Source of the DNA: an uncultured Gemmatimonadales bacterium
GTDB lineage: Bacteria; Gemmatimonadota; Gemmatimonadetes; Gemmatimonadales; GWC2-71-9
Assembly: GCA_963730185.1 (NCBI GenBank)
Contig: CAVSQW010000005.1
Coordinates: forward strand, 101,777 to 165,776
Length of the DNA: 64,000 nucleotides
Reading direction: 5' to 3'
The position numbers and the translations under genes are program-made. Position 1 is the first letter of the stretch. Every line of letters begins with the position of its first letter. Below, piece after piece: positions 40,487 through 51,996 of this stretch. A model generated the notes under the pieces. That model did no database searches and was not told the origin of the DNA. It saw nothing but the letters and a program-made list of their open reading frames with translations.

Positions 40487-40516
40487 AGGTACGCTCGGCG
40501 GGATCGGGTAGGCAAA
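40487..40516 (-). promoter_or_regulatory. putative sigma70 promoter of DUF1640-like gene
   Basis: TTGCCT-N18-TACCTT; paralogue has TTGCCT-N18-TAGCTT. Confidence 0.55.
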
Positions 40517-40717
40517 ATTGCGCGAGGTGGGGCGGGATTGGGCGCGGAGGACGCAGAGGGGCTCAGGCCTTCGTAAGATCGGGAGATTGACAGCGGTCGG
40601 GATGGACTCGATGTTGCTCATCGCTGACTCCACCCATTCTTCACTAACCGACACGAGCGATGACCGAACCCATCCGAGAGGGCGGGGTTGGCGAAGTGAG
40701 CAATAGTTAGGAGCGCC

Positions 40718-42762
40718 ATGTCTCTGCGCCGGATCGCCATCGTACTCGCCCTCTCCGCCTGCGCCCGCCAGGCCGACTGGCCCGTCTACCAGGGCAGCGA
40801 CGCCCACGACCACTACGTAACGCTGTCCCAGATCACCCCGGAGAACGTTTCCAAGCTGCAGGTTGCGTGGACCTACGACACCAGGGACGCGTTCCCCGGC
40901 TCCGAGATGCAGTCGAACCCGGTGATCGTCGACGGGGTGCTGTACGCGATGTCGCCCAAGCAGCGCGCCTTCGCGCTCGACGCGGCTACGGGCAAGGAGC
41001 TCTGGAGCTTCGACCCGACCGGCGGGAGCTTCACCGGCCCCAGGATCCGCTACCGGGGCGTGGTGGTCCACGGGGGGAGAGTCTACTTCAACTACCGGCA
41101 CCGGCTCTTCGCGCTCGACGCCAAGACCGGGCGTCAGGCGTCCGGCTGGGGCAACGACAGCGGCTGGGTCGACCTCCGGGCAGGACTGGGCCGCCCGGTC
41201 GAGGGGCTGTCGGTGAGCGCCAGCACCCCGGGCGTCGTCTACCGGGATATGCTGATCGTCGGCACTTCGGTCCCCGAGGCGCTGCCCAGCGCGCCGGGCG
41301 ACATCCGCGCCTACGACGTGAAGACCGGAGCGATCCGCTGGACCTTTCACACCATTCCGCACCCGGGCGAGTTCGGCTACGAGACCTGGCCGCCCGACGC
41401 GTGGAAGGTGGCCGGCGGGGCGAACGCCTGGTCCGGCGTCACGGTCGATCAGAAGCGGGGGATGGTGTTCTTCGCCACGGGGTCGGCGTCGTACGACTTC
41501 TACGGCGTGAACCGGGTGGGCGACGACCTCTTCGCCAACAGCATCGTCGCGCTGGACGCGAACACGGGCAAGCGGATCTGGCACTTCCAGGGCCTCAAGC
41601 ACGACCTCTGGGACCGCGACTTCCCGGCCGCGCCCGCGCTGGTGACGGTCACGCGCGACGGGAAGGCCGTCGACGCCATCGCCCAGACAACCAAGACCGG
41701 CCACGTCTGGGTGCTCGACCGCATGACCGGAAAGGAGCTCTTCCCAAGCGAGTGGCGGCGGATGCCGAAAGGGATCCTGCCCGGGGAAGTCACCGCCGAT
41801 TCGCAGCGGTTCCCGACCTTGCCAAAGCCGTTCGTTAGGCAGCGGCTCACCGAGGCCGACCTGACCGACCGGACCCCCGAGGCGCACGCGGCCGCGCTCG
41901 CGGTCTTCCGCGACAACCCCACCCCGGACCCCTTCACCCCACCCAACGAGCGGGGCATCATCATCTTCCCCGGCGTGGACGGCGGTGGCGAGTACGGCGG
42001 GCCGGCGTTCGATCCCGAGACCGGGCTTCTCTACGTCAATGGCAACGAGATGGGCTGGGTCCTCAAGATCGTGCCCCGGGAAACCAAGTCACTCTTCGGG
42101 GCCTACTGCGCCGAGTGTCATGGACCGGCGACCACGCCACTGGCGCCGACGCTCACGGGCGTGGCCAAGCGGCTCTCGCCGGCGCAGATCGTTGATGCGA
42201 TCCGTTCGGGGACGGGACGGATGCCGGCCTTCGCCACCGCCCTGGGCGACTCGGGCGTCGCCCAGCTGGCCGACTACCTGGTGAGCGGCAAGCAGCCGAC
42301 CATCATGCCGACGAACATCCCGACCTTCCTCAAGTACCGGAACGCCTCGTTCGACATCTTCCTCGACCCGGAGGGCTACCCGGCGATCAAGCCGCCCTGG
42401 GGCACGCTGACCGCGCTCGACCTCAATACCGGGGAGACCAAGTGGGCCATTCCCTTGGGCGAGTATCCCAAGCTGGCGGCGCAGGGGCTGAGACTACGGG
42501 GTCGGACAACTACGGCGGGGCGTTGGTCACCCGGAACGGGCTCCTGATCATCGCGGCGACCACGTACGACGACAAGATCCGGGCGTTCGACAAGGCCACC
42601 GGGCGGCTGCTCTGGGAGGGGCAGCTGCCGGCGGCGGGGAACGCGACGCCGGCGACCTATATGGTGAGGGGGCGGCAGTACCTCGTGGTGGCGTGCGGGG
42701 GTGGGAAGAACGGGGCAGAAAGCGGGGGGACGTACGTGGCATTCGCGTTGCCGGAGCGGTAG
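40718..42762 (+). CDS. PQQ-dependent (glucose-type) dehydrogenase with inserted cytochrome c, frameshift near 42490-42500
   Basis: [31 protein letters not shown] haem motif, KPPWGTL and PATYMV.GRQY. Confidence 0.9.
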
Positions 42763-42781
42763 CCACGCGGGTTCTGTTCAT

Positions 42782-42900
42782 GGCGGGGCGGGAGGTGTTG
42801 CGTACTCGGGCGCTGCGGTCGGCTGGCGCATTTCCGGACTTGGTGGGAACGCGGGCGCCCGACCGACGCGCCCTGCGCGCGCAACACCTCCCGCCCCGCC
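42782..42900 (-). repeat. palindromic element E0 (divergent family member, inverted)
   Basis: 21-bp perfect terminal IR; minus strand carries core AGGGCGCGTCGG...CCGCAGCGCCCG. Confidence 0.75.
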
Positions 42901-42988
42901 TCCCTTGCGCAATGCCACGGCAGGCGCCGGGACTCGGTGCTGCCGACGGGCCACTTCGATGCCGTTGGCCTGCCAACTGGATGCATTG

Positions 42989-43017
42989 TTGCATACAAAC
43001 TGTCTGGATCGTACAAT
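42989..43017 (+). promoter_or_regulatory. sigma70 promoter with overlapping GntR/FadR-like box upstream of SusC-like gene
   Basis: TTGCAT-N17-TACAAT; near-palindrome TTGCATACAA (42989-42998) covers the -35. Confidence 0.65.
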
Positions 43018-43154
43018 ATCCGAACGGCTCGTCGGCTGAGAGCGTTCGGAACGCCGATCGAACGCCGCTCGCGAGCGTCCACATTTGCACATCCAGGCCG
43101 GTTCGATCGGCCGCACGTCGCCCATTCCGTACCGTCCGAGCAGGAGGTGGTGGC

Positions 43155-46100
43155 ATGCGTTCGCGGGGCCACATCAGGTTCTCATCCATCGCCATGGCGG
43201 CAGCGGTCGTCGCGATGGCTCCCACCAATGACGTTGCCGGTCAATCGCTCGGACCCGCGGCCGTCATCGGGCCCTTCACGGCGGCGGCAGCGCAGGTCCG
43301 GACCATCACCGGCATCGCGGTTGACGAGCGGGGCACCGCGGTGGCCGGGGCGATGGTCGCGGTCGTCGGCACCACGGTGCAGACCTCGACCGATGGCGCC
43401 GGACGGTTCCGCCTCGAAAACGCGCCGGACGGCGACGTGACCCTTCGCGTCACCGCGATCGGCTTCCGGCCCCTCACGAGGAAGGTGCCGGCCGGCGTGG
43501 CCGACGTGCGGCTCGAGCTCACCACCGCGGCGATCAACCTCGAGGAAGTCGTCGTCACCGGCACGCCGACCGCGGCCCAGAAGCGGGAGATTGGGAACTC
43601 GGTCGCCACCGTCAGTGCGACGGACTTCCAGGACGTGGCGCCGGCCCGCGACCTGGCCAACCTCCTCAACGCCAAAGCGCCCGGGGTGACGGTGGCCCAG
43701 GGAACCGGCACCGTCGGCGGCGGCCCGCGGATCACCATTCGGGGTCAGGGCTCGCTTTCGCTGAGCGATCAGCCGCTCCTCTACGTCGACGGCGTGCGAG
43801 TGGATAACGACGTCGCCAGCGGACCGAAGAGCCAAGGGTACGGCTCCGGAATCATCTCCCGGCTCAACGACTTCAGCCCAGACGAGATCGAGAGCATTCA
43901 GGTGATCAAGGGCCCTGCCGCGGCCACGCTCTACGGCACCGAGGCCGCCAACGGGGTGATCCAGATCATCACCAAGCGGGGGAAGCAAGGGAAGACGAAG
44001 TACGACCTGACGGTGCGCGGCGGGTTCCAGTGGTTCATGAATGCGCATGACCGGATCGAGCCGAACTACTATCTCGACCAGAACGGCGACCTCACTTTCC
44101 AGGACCTCTACGCCGACCAGGTGGCGCGCGGCGCTCCGCCGTTCAAGACCGGGCACGTCCAGTCCTACCAGGGCTCGATCAGCGGGGGCAGCGACGCGCT
44201 CACCTACCTGCTGAGCTCGGGCTACGACCGAGACGACGGCATCGACGTCCGAAGCAAGCTCAACCGCTTTACCGTCCGGGCCAACGTCGGCATCGCGCCC
44301 AGCGAGAAGTTCCGGGCGACCGCCAGCCTCGGTTTCGTGCGAAGCCGGACCGACCTGGCCAACGACATCGGCTTCGGCTTCCTCTTCAACTCGCTGCTCG
44401 GCTTTCCCGCCCTCAAGGACGGACCGTCACGCGGCTTCCTCGCGTTTCCGCCCGAGGTGGGCGTGCTGGGCGAATCCTGGCAGACCGTGAACCGGTTCAC
44501 CGGGAGCGTCGAGCTGCAGCACCGGCCCACGTCCTGGTTCAGCCACCGGCTGATCGCCGGCTTGGACCAGACCGAAGAAGGCGACTTTGCCTACCTGCCG
44601 AACTCGCCCTTGCTGCTACCCTTCGTCTCGCCGACGCAGGCGCTGGGGAACAAGGGATCGGCATCGAACGCCATTACCTACGTCACCCTCGACTACGCGG
44701 CCACCGCCACCGCCAAGCTGACGCGCCGGCTCACGTCGGCCACCTCGGTGGGCGGTCAGATCTACCGCCGCCAGACCCAGGTGATCTCCGCCACCGGGCA
44801 GCGGTTCCCCGCCCCGAACGTGCGGGATCTCTCGGCGACGGCGATCACCTTCGGCAGCGACAACTTCGTCAAGAACACGACGGTCGGGAGCTATCTGCAG
44901 GAGCAGCTCTCCTGGAACGATCGGGCCTATCTCACCGCCGCCGTCCGGATCGACAACAACTCGGCGTTCGGGTCCGACATCAAGCTGGTCGCCTATCCCA
45001 AGCTCAGCGCCAGCTGGGTGGTCAGCGACGAGCCGTTCTGGCACGTGGGTTGGATCGACGCCTTCCGGCTCCGTGGCGCGTTCGGTGAGTCGGGCCAGCA
45101 GCCCGAGGCCTTCGCGGCGCTCCGGAGCTATCAGGCCGTGACCATCGGCGGCGGGCAGCCCGGCGTCACCCCGCAATTCCTCGGCAATCCCGATCTCAAG
45201 CCGGAACGGGGCCAGGAAATCGAGGCCGGGTTCGAGGCCAGCCTGTTCAACGCTCGGTTGGGCGTCGACGCGACGTTCTACCGGAAGACCACCAAGGACG
45301 CGATTCTCCAGCGGGTGCTCGCGCCGTCCTACGGCTTCCCCGGGAACCAGTTCGTCAACATCGGCTCGCTGCGGAACCAGGGGATCGAGCTGGCCCTCCG
45401 GTTCGCGGCCATCGACAAGGAGAGCACCAAGCTCGACTTCGGGTTCAACTGGGCCCGGAACGACAACGAGGTCCTCGATTTGGGCGACATCGGCACGATC
45501 GTGGTGCCGAGCAACATGGACACGCCGTCGATCGTGCTGCACCACCAGGTGGGGCTGCCGGCCGGCTCCTGGTTCGGCCGGAAGGTGATCAGCGCCGACC
45601 TCGACGCCAACGGCATCGCCCAGAACGTGTTGTGCGACGCCGGCTCGGCGAGCGGGCGGCCGAGCGGCACCGGGGTGCCGTGCGACCAGGCGCCCGACGT
45701 GTTCCTGGGCCGGTCCGATCCCCGCGACACCGGCACCTTCCTGACCACGCTGACCCTGTTCAAGCGGCTCACGCTCTACGGGATGCTCGACTTCCGGCTC
45801 GACGTCTACCACGGCGACAACGACCGGGTCATCCGCTGCGGCATCTTCCAGACCTGCCGCGATTACTACTTCCCGGCGAGCGCCACCGAGGCGGCCGAGT
45901 TCCAGTCGGGGCTGGCGGTCACGTCGTATGCGGTCCAACCGGCGAGCTTCGCCAAGCTCCGCGAGATCTCCGCCGCCTTCACCCTGCCCGATCGCTGGAG
46001 CAAGGCCCTCGGCGCCACCGCGAGCACGATCACGGTGACGGCCCGGAACCTCCACACCTGGAGCAACTGGACCTCGCTCGATCCCGAGACGGCGTGGATC

Positions 46101-46181
46101 ACGAATCAGTTCGACAAGAGCCAGCAGACCTTCACGCCGCAGCTGGCGCAGTTCGTCACCTCGATCCGGCTCACCTTCTAG
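43155..46181 (+). CDS. SusC/RagA family TonB-dependent transporter
   Basis: LEEVVVTG, QPLLYVDGV, IESIQVIKGPAAATLYGTEAANGVI and NPDLKPE; C-terminal Phe. Confidence 0.95.
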   Translation: MRSRGHIRFSSIAMAAAVVAMAPTNDVAGQSLGPAAVIGPFTAAAAQVRTITGIAVDERGTAVAGAMVAVVGTTVQTSTDGAGRFRLENAPDGDVTLRVTAIGFRPLTRKVPAGVADVRLELTTAAINLEEVVVTGTPTAAQKREIGNSVATVSATDFQDVAPARDLANLLNAKAPGVTVAQGTGTVGGGPRITIRGQGSLSLSDQPLLYVDGVRVDNDVASGPKSQGYGSGIISRLNDFSPDEIESIQVIKGPAAATLYGTEAANGVIQIITKRGKQGKTKYDLTVRGGFQWFMNAHDRIEPNYYLDQNGDLTFQDLYADQVARGAPPFKTGHVQSYQGSISGGSDALTYLLSSGYDRDDGIDVRSKLNRFTVRANVGIAPSEKFRATASLGFVRSRTDLANDIGFGFLFNSLLGFPALKDGPSRGFLAFPPEVGVLGESWQTVNRFTGSVELQHRPTSWFSHRLIAGLDQTEEGDFAYLPNSPLLLPFVSPTQALGNKGSASNAITYVTLDYAATATAKLTRRLTSATSVGGQIYRRQTQVISATGQRFPAPNVRDLSATAITFGSDNFVKNTTVGSYLQEQLSWNDRAYLTAAVRIDNNSAFGSDIKLVAYPKLSASWVVSDEPFWHVGWIDAFRLRGAFGESGQQPEAFAALRSYQAVTIGGGQPGVTPQFLGNPDLKPERGQEIEAGFEASLFNARLGVDATFYRKTTKDAILQRVLAPSYGFPGNQFVNIGSLRNQGIELALRFAAIDKESTKLDFGFNWARNDNEVLDLGDIGTIVVPSNMDTPSIVLHHQVGLPAGSWFGRKVISADLDANGIAQNVLCDAGSASGRPSGTGVPCDQAPDVFLGRSDPRDTGTFLTTLTLFKRLTLYGMLDFRLDVYHGDNDRVIRCGIFQTCRDYYFPASATEAAEFQSGLAVTSYAVQPASFAKLREISAAFTLPDRWSKALGATASTITVTARNLHTWSNWTSLDPETAWITNQFDKSQQTFTPQLAQFVTSIRLTF

Positions 46182-46208
46182 GGCCGGCCGGTCGATGGAG
46201 GATTGATC

Positions 46209-47480
46209 ATGAGAAAGCCGATGATCCCCTTGGGGCTGGTGCCGATCGGGCTCGCGTGCGCGGGGTTCGCCCTGACCGGATGCGTCAACGACCTGCTCGA
46301 GTTCAACGCCGGCGACCGGGTGGAGGCCAGCACCCTGGAGGGACCGGAGAGCGCCGCGCTCCTGGTCCAGAGCGCGGTCGGCGACTTCGAGTGCGCCTTC
46401 GCGCAGTACATCGTGACCACGGGGCAGGTCACTGACGAGATCGACAACTCCAATCTCGCCAGCACCGAGGCCTTTCAGCTGGACCGGCGATCGGTGAACA
46501 AGGAGCGGACCCACTATGCGCTCTTCCCGTGCGGCACGACGGAGGGCCTGCTCACGCCGGTCCAGACCGCCCGGTTCGATGCCGACGACGTCCTCCAGAA
46601 GCTCGATGGCTGGACCGACGACCAGATCGATCCGGCCGATCCGACCAAGCGCACGACGCTCATCGCCCGGGCGGCGGCGTTCTCCGGATACAGCCACGTG
46701 CTCCTGGGCGAGGGCTTCTGCACTGCGGCCGTGGACGGCGGGCCCGAGCTCACCTCGGCGGACGTCCTGGGGCTCGCGGAGGAGCGGTTCGGCCGCGCGA
46801 TCGAGGCCGCCCAGAGCGTGGGATCGAGCCCGCTGCTCAACCTCGCTCTGGTCGGCCGGGCCCGGGCCCGGCTCGATCTCGGCAAGACGGCCGAGGCGCT
46901 GGCCGATGCGCAGCTGGTCACGCCGGGCTTCGAGTACTTCGCCACCATGTCGGCGGCGTCGCCCCGCTCGAGCAACCTGATCTACCAGTTCAACGGCGTG
47001 AGCACGGCACTGACGATCGGGCCGGCCTATCTCGACCTGTCGTTCAACGGCGTGCCCGACCCGCGCGTGCCGGTGGTGGACGCGGGGAAGCCCGGCGGCG
47101 ACAACCTCACGCCGCTCCGCCTGCAGTTGAAGTACACGTCGCTGGATCAGTCGATCCGGCTGGCAAGCTACACCGAGGCACAACTCATCATCGCCGAGGT
47201 AATGGGCGGCCAGCAGGCGGTGGACATCATCAACGCGCTCCACGACGCGGCCGGACTCCCCCATTTCGCGAGCGCCGATCCCGCGGCGATCCACGATCAG
47301 GTGATCGAGGAGCGGGCGCGGGAGTTCTTTCTCGAGTCGCAGCATTTCTTCGACGTGAACCGGCTGCAGCTACCGCTGGTGCCGGCACCGGGCACCCCGT
47401 ACAGCAAGGGCGGGTCGTACGGCGACATGCGGTGCTTTCCGTTGCCGGATGTCGAGCGGGACAACAACCCCAATCTGTAG
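46209..47480 (+). CDS. RagB/SusD family lipoprotein
   Basis: LTGC lipobox; EAQLIIAE, ERAREFFLE and FPLPDVERDNNPN. Confidence 0.9.
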   Translation: MRKPMIPLGLVPIGLACAGFALTGCVNDLLEFNAGDRVEASTLEGPESAALLVQSAVGDFECAFAQYIVTTGQVTDEIDNSNLASTEAFQLDRRSVNKERTHYALFPCGTTEGLLTPVQTARFDADDVLQKLDGWTDDQIDPADPTKRTTLIARAAAFSGYSHVLLGEGFCTAAVDGGPELTSADVLGLAEERFGRAIEAAQSVGSSPLLNLALVGRARARLDLGKTAEALADAQLVTPGFEYFATMSAASPRSSNLIYQFNGVSTALTIGPAYLDLSFNGVPDPRVPVVDAGKPGGDNLTPLRLQLKYTSLDQSIRLASYTEAQLIIAEVMGGQQAVDIINALHDAAGLPHFASADPAAIHDQVIEERAREFFLESQHFFDVNRLQLPLVPAPGTPYSKGGSYGDMRCFPLPDVERDNNPNL

Positions 47481-47549
47481 GCGCCGTCGGGGCGTAAGGC
47501 GCTACGTCCTGGCTCGGGTCGGTGATGGCGTGGAGTGTTGCTAGCTCGG

Positions 47550-47667
47550 GGGAGGCGCCGGGTGCTGTCCGCGGTGGGCGCGTCGGGCGGCCCCCCCGAC
47601 GGTTCCACCGTCTCCCCCGTGGAGGGCGCCCGCAGCGCCCGGAGCGGACAGACACCCGGCGCCTCCC
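47550..47667 (+). repeat. palindromic element E1
   Basis: GGAGGCGCCGGGTGCTGTCCGC...GCGGACAG(A)CACCCGGCGCCTCC; near-identical to 50250-50375 and 56098-56212. Confidence 0.9.
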
Positions 47668-47785
47668 TGACTTAATTTGTCTCCCTGTCGATTTTGCCCG
47701 GCCTCGCTCGACGAGTAACAGAGGCCGGGCTCGGGCGAGCCCCGGACCAGCCATCCCTGGCAGACCAGCACCTGGAGACCGCGCC

Positions 47786-50219
47786 ATGTTGGACCTCCGT
47801 TACGCCGTCCGCAGCCTCTCCCGCGCCCGGGGCTTCACCGCCGCCGTGGTGCTCACCCTGGGGCTCGGCATCGGCGCCAACACCGCCATCTTCTCGGTGA
47901 TCCGCGGGGTGCTGCTCAAGCCGCTCCCGCACCGGGACGGCGACCGGCTGATGTACCTCCGCCAGTCCGCCCTCACCCCCGGCGGCGAGAACATCGCGTT
48001 CTCGGTCCCCGAGATCGAGGACTTCCGAACCGCCGCCAAGACCCTGGGCGGGATCGCCGAGTATTCGCCGATGACCTTCACCATGGTGGAGGGCGACGGG
48101 GCGGTCCGGTTCAACGCCGGCCTGGTGACCGGCAACTACTTCTCGGTCATGGGCTTCGGGCCCGGTGCTGGGACGAGCGTTCGACGCCAAGGACGACGGC
48201 CCCGGCGCGGCCCCGGTCATGATGCTGACCTACGCCTACTGGCAGTCCCACTTCGGCGGCGATTCGTCGATCGTGGGGAAGACCCTCCGGATCAACGGCC
48301 GGGGCGTGCCGGTGGTCGGGGTGCTCCAGGCCGCGCCCGACTTCCCGGAGCGGATGGACGCGGTGATGAACATGGTGAACAGCGCCCACCACGTCAGCGC
48401 GATGATGGTGACCGGCCGGACCCACCGGATGACCCAGATGATCGCCCGGCTGGCGCCGGGGGCGACGGTGGCAGAGGCCCGGGCCGAGGTGGCCGCGATC
48501 ACCGCGCGGGTGCACCGCGACCATCCGGAAGCCTACGACGCCGGGTCCGCCTACCAGGTCACCCTCACCCCGTTCAAGGAAGTCCTCGGCCAGGACGCCC
48601 GGCTCACCCTCTGGCTCCTGATGGGCGCCGCCGCGTTCGTGCTGGTGATCGCCTGCGCCAACGTGACCAATCTGACCCTGATGCGGGGCGTCCGGCGGGA
48701 GCACGAGCTGGTGGTCCGGGCGGCGTTAGGCGCCGGCGTCGGCCGGCTCCGCCAGCTCCTCCTGGCGGAAAACCTGGTGCTGGCCCTGCTCGGCGGCGCC
48801 CTCGGCCTGCTGATCGCCTTCGGCGGGGTGGGGATGCTGATCGCCTTCACCCAGCGGATCAGCCCCCGGGCCGGCGAGATCCGGCTGGACGGGGTGGTCC
48901 TGGCGTTCACCCTGGGCCTCACGGTGGCGGTGGTGCTGCTCCTGTCCTATGCGCCCCGGTTCGCCCGGGAAGACGCCCTCAACGCCGCTCTGGCCGCGGG
49001 CGGCCGGCGGACCACCGGCGGGGCCGGGCACCAGCGGCTCCAGCAGACCCTGGTGGTGGCGCAGATCGCGGTGTCGGTGGTGCTCCTCACCGGGGCCGGC
49101 CTCCTGACCCGGACCATGCTCCGGCTCAGCGCGGTGGACACCGGCCTCACCGGCGGGAACGCGCTGACGCTGGAGGTCCCGCCGGACTACACCAAGCCGC
49201 ACGACGAGAACGTCGCCCGCTACGAACGAATCCAGAGCGAGCTCGCCAACCTCCCCGGCGTCAAGGAAGTCGGCCTCGGCTCGACGGTGCCGCTCCGCTC
49301 CGAGCGATTCTCGCTCGACCTCAAGGGCGAAGGCCACGTGGTCCAGCCGGGCGAGCCGATGCCGCACGCCGAGGGGCGGACCGCGAGCCCGGAGTACTTC
49401 GAGGCGGCGGGCATTCCGCTCCTCGAGGGCCGGGCCTTCGACGCTACCGACCGGGCCGGCTCGCCGCTGGTGGTGATCCTCAACCAGACCCTGGCCGAGC
49501 GGCTCTTCCCGGGTCAGGATCCGATCGGCCGGCGGGTGGCGTGGACCGGCGACGTGCTCCGGTTCATCGGGGTCTCGGGCGACTGGCGGACCGTGGTCGG
49601 CGTGGTGGGCGACACCAAGGACGCCGGCCTCGACGCGGCCCCGGTGCCGGTGCTGTTCGCCCCGTTCGCGCAGGCCGAGGTATTCGGGAGCAGCCTGGTG
49701 GTGCACACGGCCGGCGATCCGGCGGCACTCGCCGGGGCCGCCGGCAAGGTGGTCCGGAGCGTCGATCCCGAGCAGCCGGTCGAGAACGTGCTGACCCTCG
49801 ACGAAATTCGGGACCAGGGCCTGGCGCCGCGGCGGCTCAACGCGATGCTGGTGGCGTCGTTCGGGCTCCTGGCGGTGCTGATCGCGGCGGTGGGCATCGC
49901 CGGGGTGCTGGCGTTCTCGGTCAGCGCCCGGACCAACGAGATCGGGATCCGGATGACGCTCGGCGCCGATGCCTCGCGGGTGCAGCGGATGGTGCTCGGC
50001 GAAGGGGGGCGGCTCCTGCTGGTCGGGCTCGGGCTCGGGGTGGCCGGGTCGGTGGCGATCTCGGGGCTGATCCGGGGGCTGCTCTTCGGGGTGGCGCCGA
50101 CCGATCCGGTGACGCTGGTGGCGGTGGGGATTTTGATGGCGGGGGTGGGGCTCGCGTCGTGCTGGATTCCGGCGGCGCGGGCGGCGCGGATCGATCCGGG
50201 GGTGGCGATCCGGTCTTAG
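47786..50219 (+). CDS. ADOP/MacB-like duplicated ABC permease, frameshift near 48155-48163
   Basis: TLGLGIGANTAIFS, IACANV.NL, AQIAVSVVLL, EIGIRMTLGA and PAARAARIDP motifs. Confidence 0.92.
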
Positions 50220-50249
50220 GCCGTCCGACGTCGGGGCTCCCGGCGGAGC

Positions 50250-50375
50250 GGGAGGCGTTGCGTGCCCGGGTGCTGTCCGCGGAGGGCGCGTCGGGCGGCC
50301 CCCCCGACCGCTCCACCATCTCCCCCGTTTGAGGGCGCCCGCAGCGCCCGGAGCGGACAGCACCCGGCGCCTCCC
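50250..50375 (+). repeat. palindromic element E2
   Basis: same element with an 8-bp insertion in the left arm. Confidence 0.9.
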
Positions 50376-50452
50376 TTCGTATCCCGCCGCCCACGTTCGT
50401 CGATGCCGACGCGCAGCGGCGCGATCCCAGCCGACCGGCTAGATTTCGAACG

Positions 50453-50668
50453 ATGCGTCGCCCGAAGATGACCGCCAGAGTCGTCCCGCTCACCAGCGAT
50501 GAGGCGGCCGACCGCCGCATGGACGGCACGCTCGACGAGCGGGTCGCGGCGGTGGCCGAGCTCACCGAGCTCGCCTGGACCGTCGCGGGCAAGCCCCGCC
50601 CGAGCTACACCCGCGCCACCATCCCGATCGTCGTGGGGACCCTCGATCGCCACGCGCCCAGCACGTGA
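50453..50668 (+). CDS. small hypothetical protein, putative partner of the downstream nucleotidyltransferase
   Basis: 71 aa, TLDERVAAVAELTELAW helix; GTGA overlap with next gene. Confidence 0.6.
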   Translation: MRRPKMTARVVPLTSDEAADRRMDGTLDERVAAVAELTELAWTVAGKPRPSYTRATIPIVVGTLDRHAPST

Positions 50669-51108
50669 TCGCCGACTTCCGGGATCTCCTGGCGGCGTTC
50701 ACCGCGCGCGACGTCCGCTTTCTCGTCGTCGGCGCCCACGCACTCGCGGCCCACGGCGTTCCGCGGGTTACCGCGGATCTCGACCTCTGGATCGAGCCGA
50801 CCACCGCGAACGCCGAACGGGTCTGGCGCGCGCTGGCGGACTTCGGCGCGCCCCTCGACTCGCTCGGGATCGAGCTGGCCGACTTCGCGAAGCCCGAGCA
50901 GGTCGTCCAGCTGGGCCTTCCACCCTACCGGATCGATGTCTTGACCGCGATCAGCGGGATCAGCTTCGCCGAGGCATGGCCAGGACGGATCCAAGGCTCC
51001 CTCTTCGAGGTGCCCGTCGGCTTTCTCGGGCGAGCGGCGTTCATCCGCAACAAGCGCGCGAGCGGCCGCCCCAAGGACTTGGAGGACCTTCGGGCCCTAG
51101 GCGAGTAG
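50665..51108 (+). CDS. nucleotidyltransferase-fold protein (DUF6036-like)
   Basis: LVVGAHAL..HG.PR.TADLDL, RIDVLT and NKRASGRPKDLEDL motifs. Confidence 0.85.
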   Translation: MIADFRDLLAAFTARDVRFLVVGAHALAAHGVPRVTADLDLWIEPTTANAERVWRALADFGAPLDSLGIELADFAKPEQVVQLGLPPYRIDVLTAISGISFAEAWPGRIQGSLFEVPVGFLGRAAFIRNKRASGRPKDLEDLRALGE

Positions 51109-51195
51109 CCGTCCGGGACGATCGCCAACCCCCTGACGACGCCCCGCCGCCAGGACGGCGCTGGCGCCGGGAGCCAACAGGCTCCATGCTCCAGC

Positions 51196-51996
51196 ATGGC
51201 CCGTAACGGCGGCGACCTGCCCGGCCTCTCCCCGAATCGACTCGCCCAGCTGCTCGACGGCGACTGGCGATCCATCGGCGCCGTCCGCCTCGCCGCCACC
51301 CTCCCGGCCAACCGGGTGGACGAGGCCTGGGCCTACCGCGCCGCCTTTCGGCTCCTCGGCCTGATCCGGGACCAGGGCGCCGCGCCGGTGACGGCCACCG
51401 GCAACCTGAACCGGAAATTCGTCGCCCAGGCCCTCGAGACCCTCGACTTCACCGCCGAGGAGCTCGATCTGGTCCATCGCTACAACAAGGTCGTCAACGA
51501 GGACGACGTGCCTCGGCTCAGGGAGCTCAGGGAGACCCTCGTCACCTGCGGCTACGTCCGTCGCCAGCGGGGCTTCCGGGTGACCGCGCTGGGCCGGCGG
51601 CTGCTCGACGGCAAGGCAGGTACCCCGGGCGAAACCTTCCGGCGTCTCTTCATGGGCCGGATGGGCATCCCTCGTCCCTGTCTCGATCGCGAAGGTGAGC
51701 CCTTCCGTACACCGCTCGGCCCGGCGCTCTACCTGCTCAAGCGCCGCGCCGCCGGCTGGATCGAGCAGCTCGAGCTCGACGACGGGCTGCTGATCCCCTG
51801 GCTGGTACCGCACGAAACGCGGCATCAGCTCGGAGGGATGGCCTATCGGTGGGTGGTCGCGCCGGCGCTCGACTTCGGCCTGGTGGAGCGCAAGCCGAAG
51901 GCCGAGCTGCTCGACCCGAGCTACCTCAGGACGACCCCCCTCTTCGGGGAGTTCGTCTCCTTCCGGTTCGAGGAGTGGGACCACGCAGGAGGTTGA
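51196..51996 (+). CDS. hypothetical protein with winged-helix-like segments
   Basis: GLSP, TATGNL.RKFV and FRVTALGRRLL; typical codon usage. Confidence 0.6.
   Translation: MARNGGDLPGLSPNRLAQLLDGDWRSIGAVRLAATLPANRVDEAWAYRAAFRLLGLIRDQGAAPVTATGNLNRKFVAQALETLDFTAEELDLVHRYNKVVNEDDVPRLRELRETLVTCGYVRRQRGFRVTALGRRLLDGKAGTPGETFRRLFMGRMGIPRPCLDREGEPFRTPLGPALYLLKRRAAGWIEQLELDDGLLIPWLVPHETRHQLGGMAYRWVVAPALDFGLVERKPKAELLDPSYLRTTPLFGEFVSFRFEEWDHAGG

Noticed and set aside
40518..40706. Short ORF or gene remnant between the DUF1640-like gene and the PQQ dehydrogenase
   Set aside because: No recognisable motif or RBS; cannot be supported
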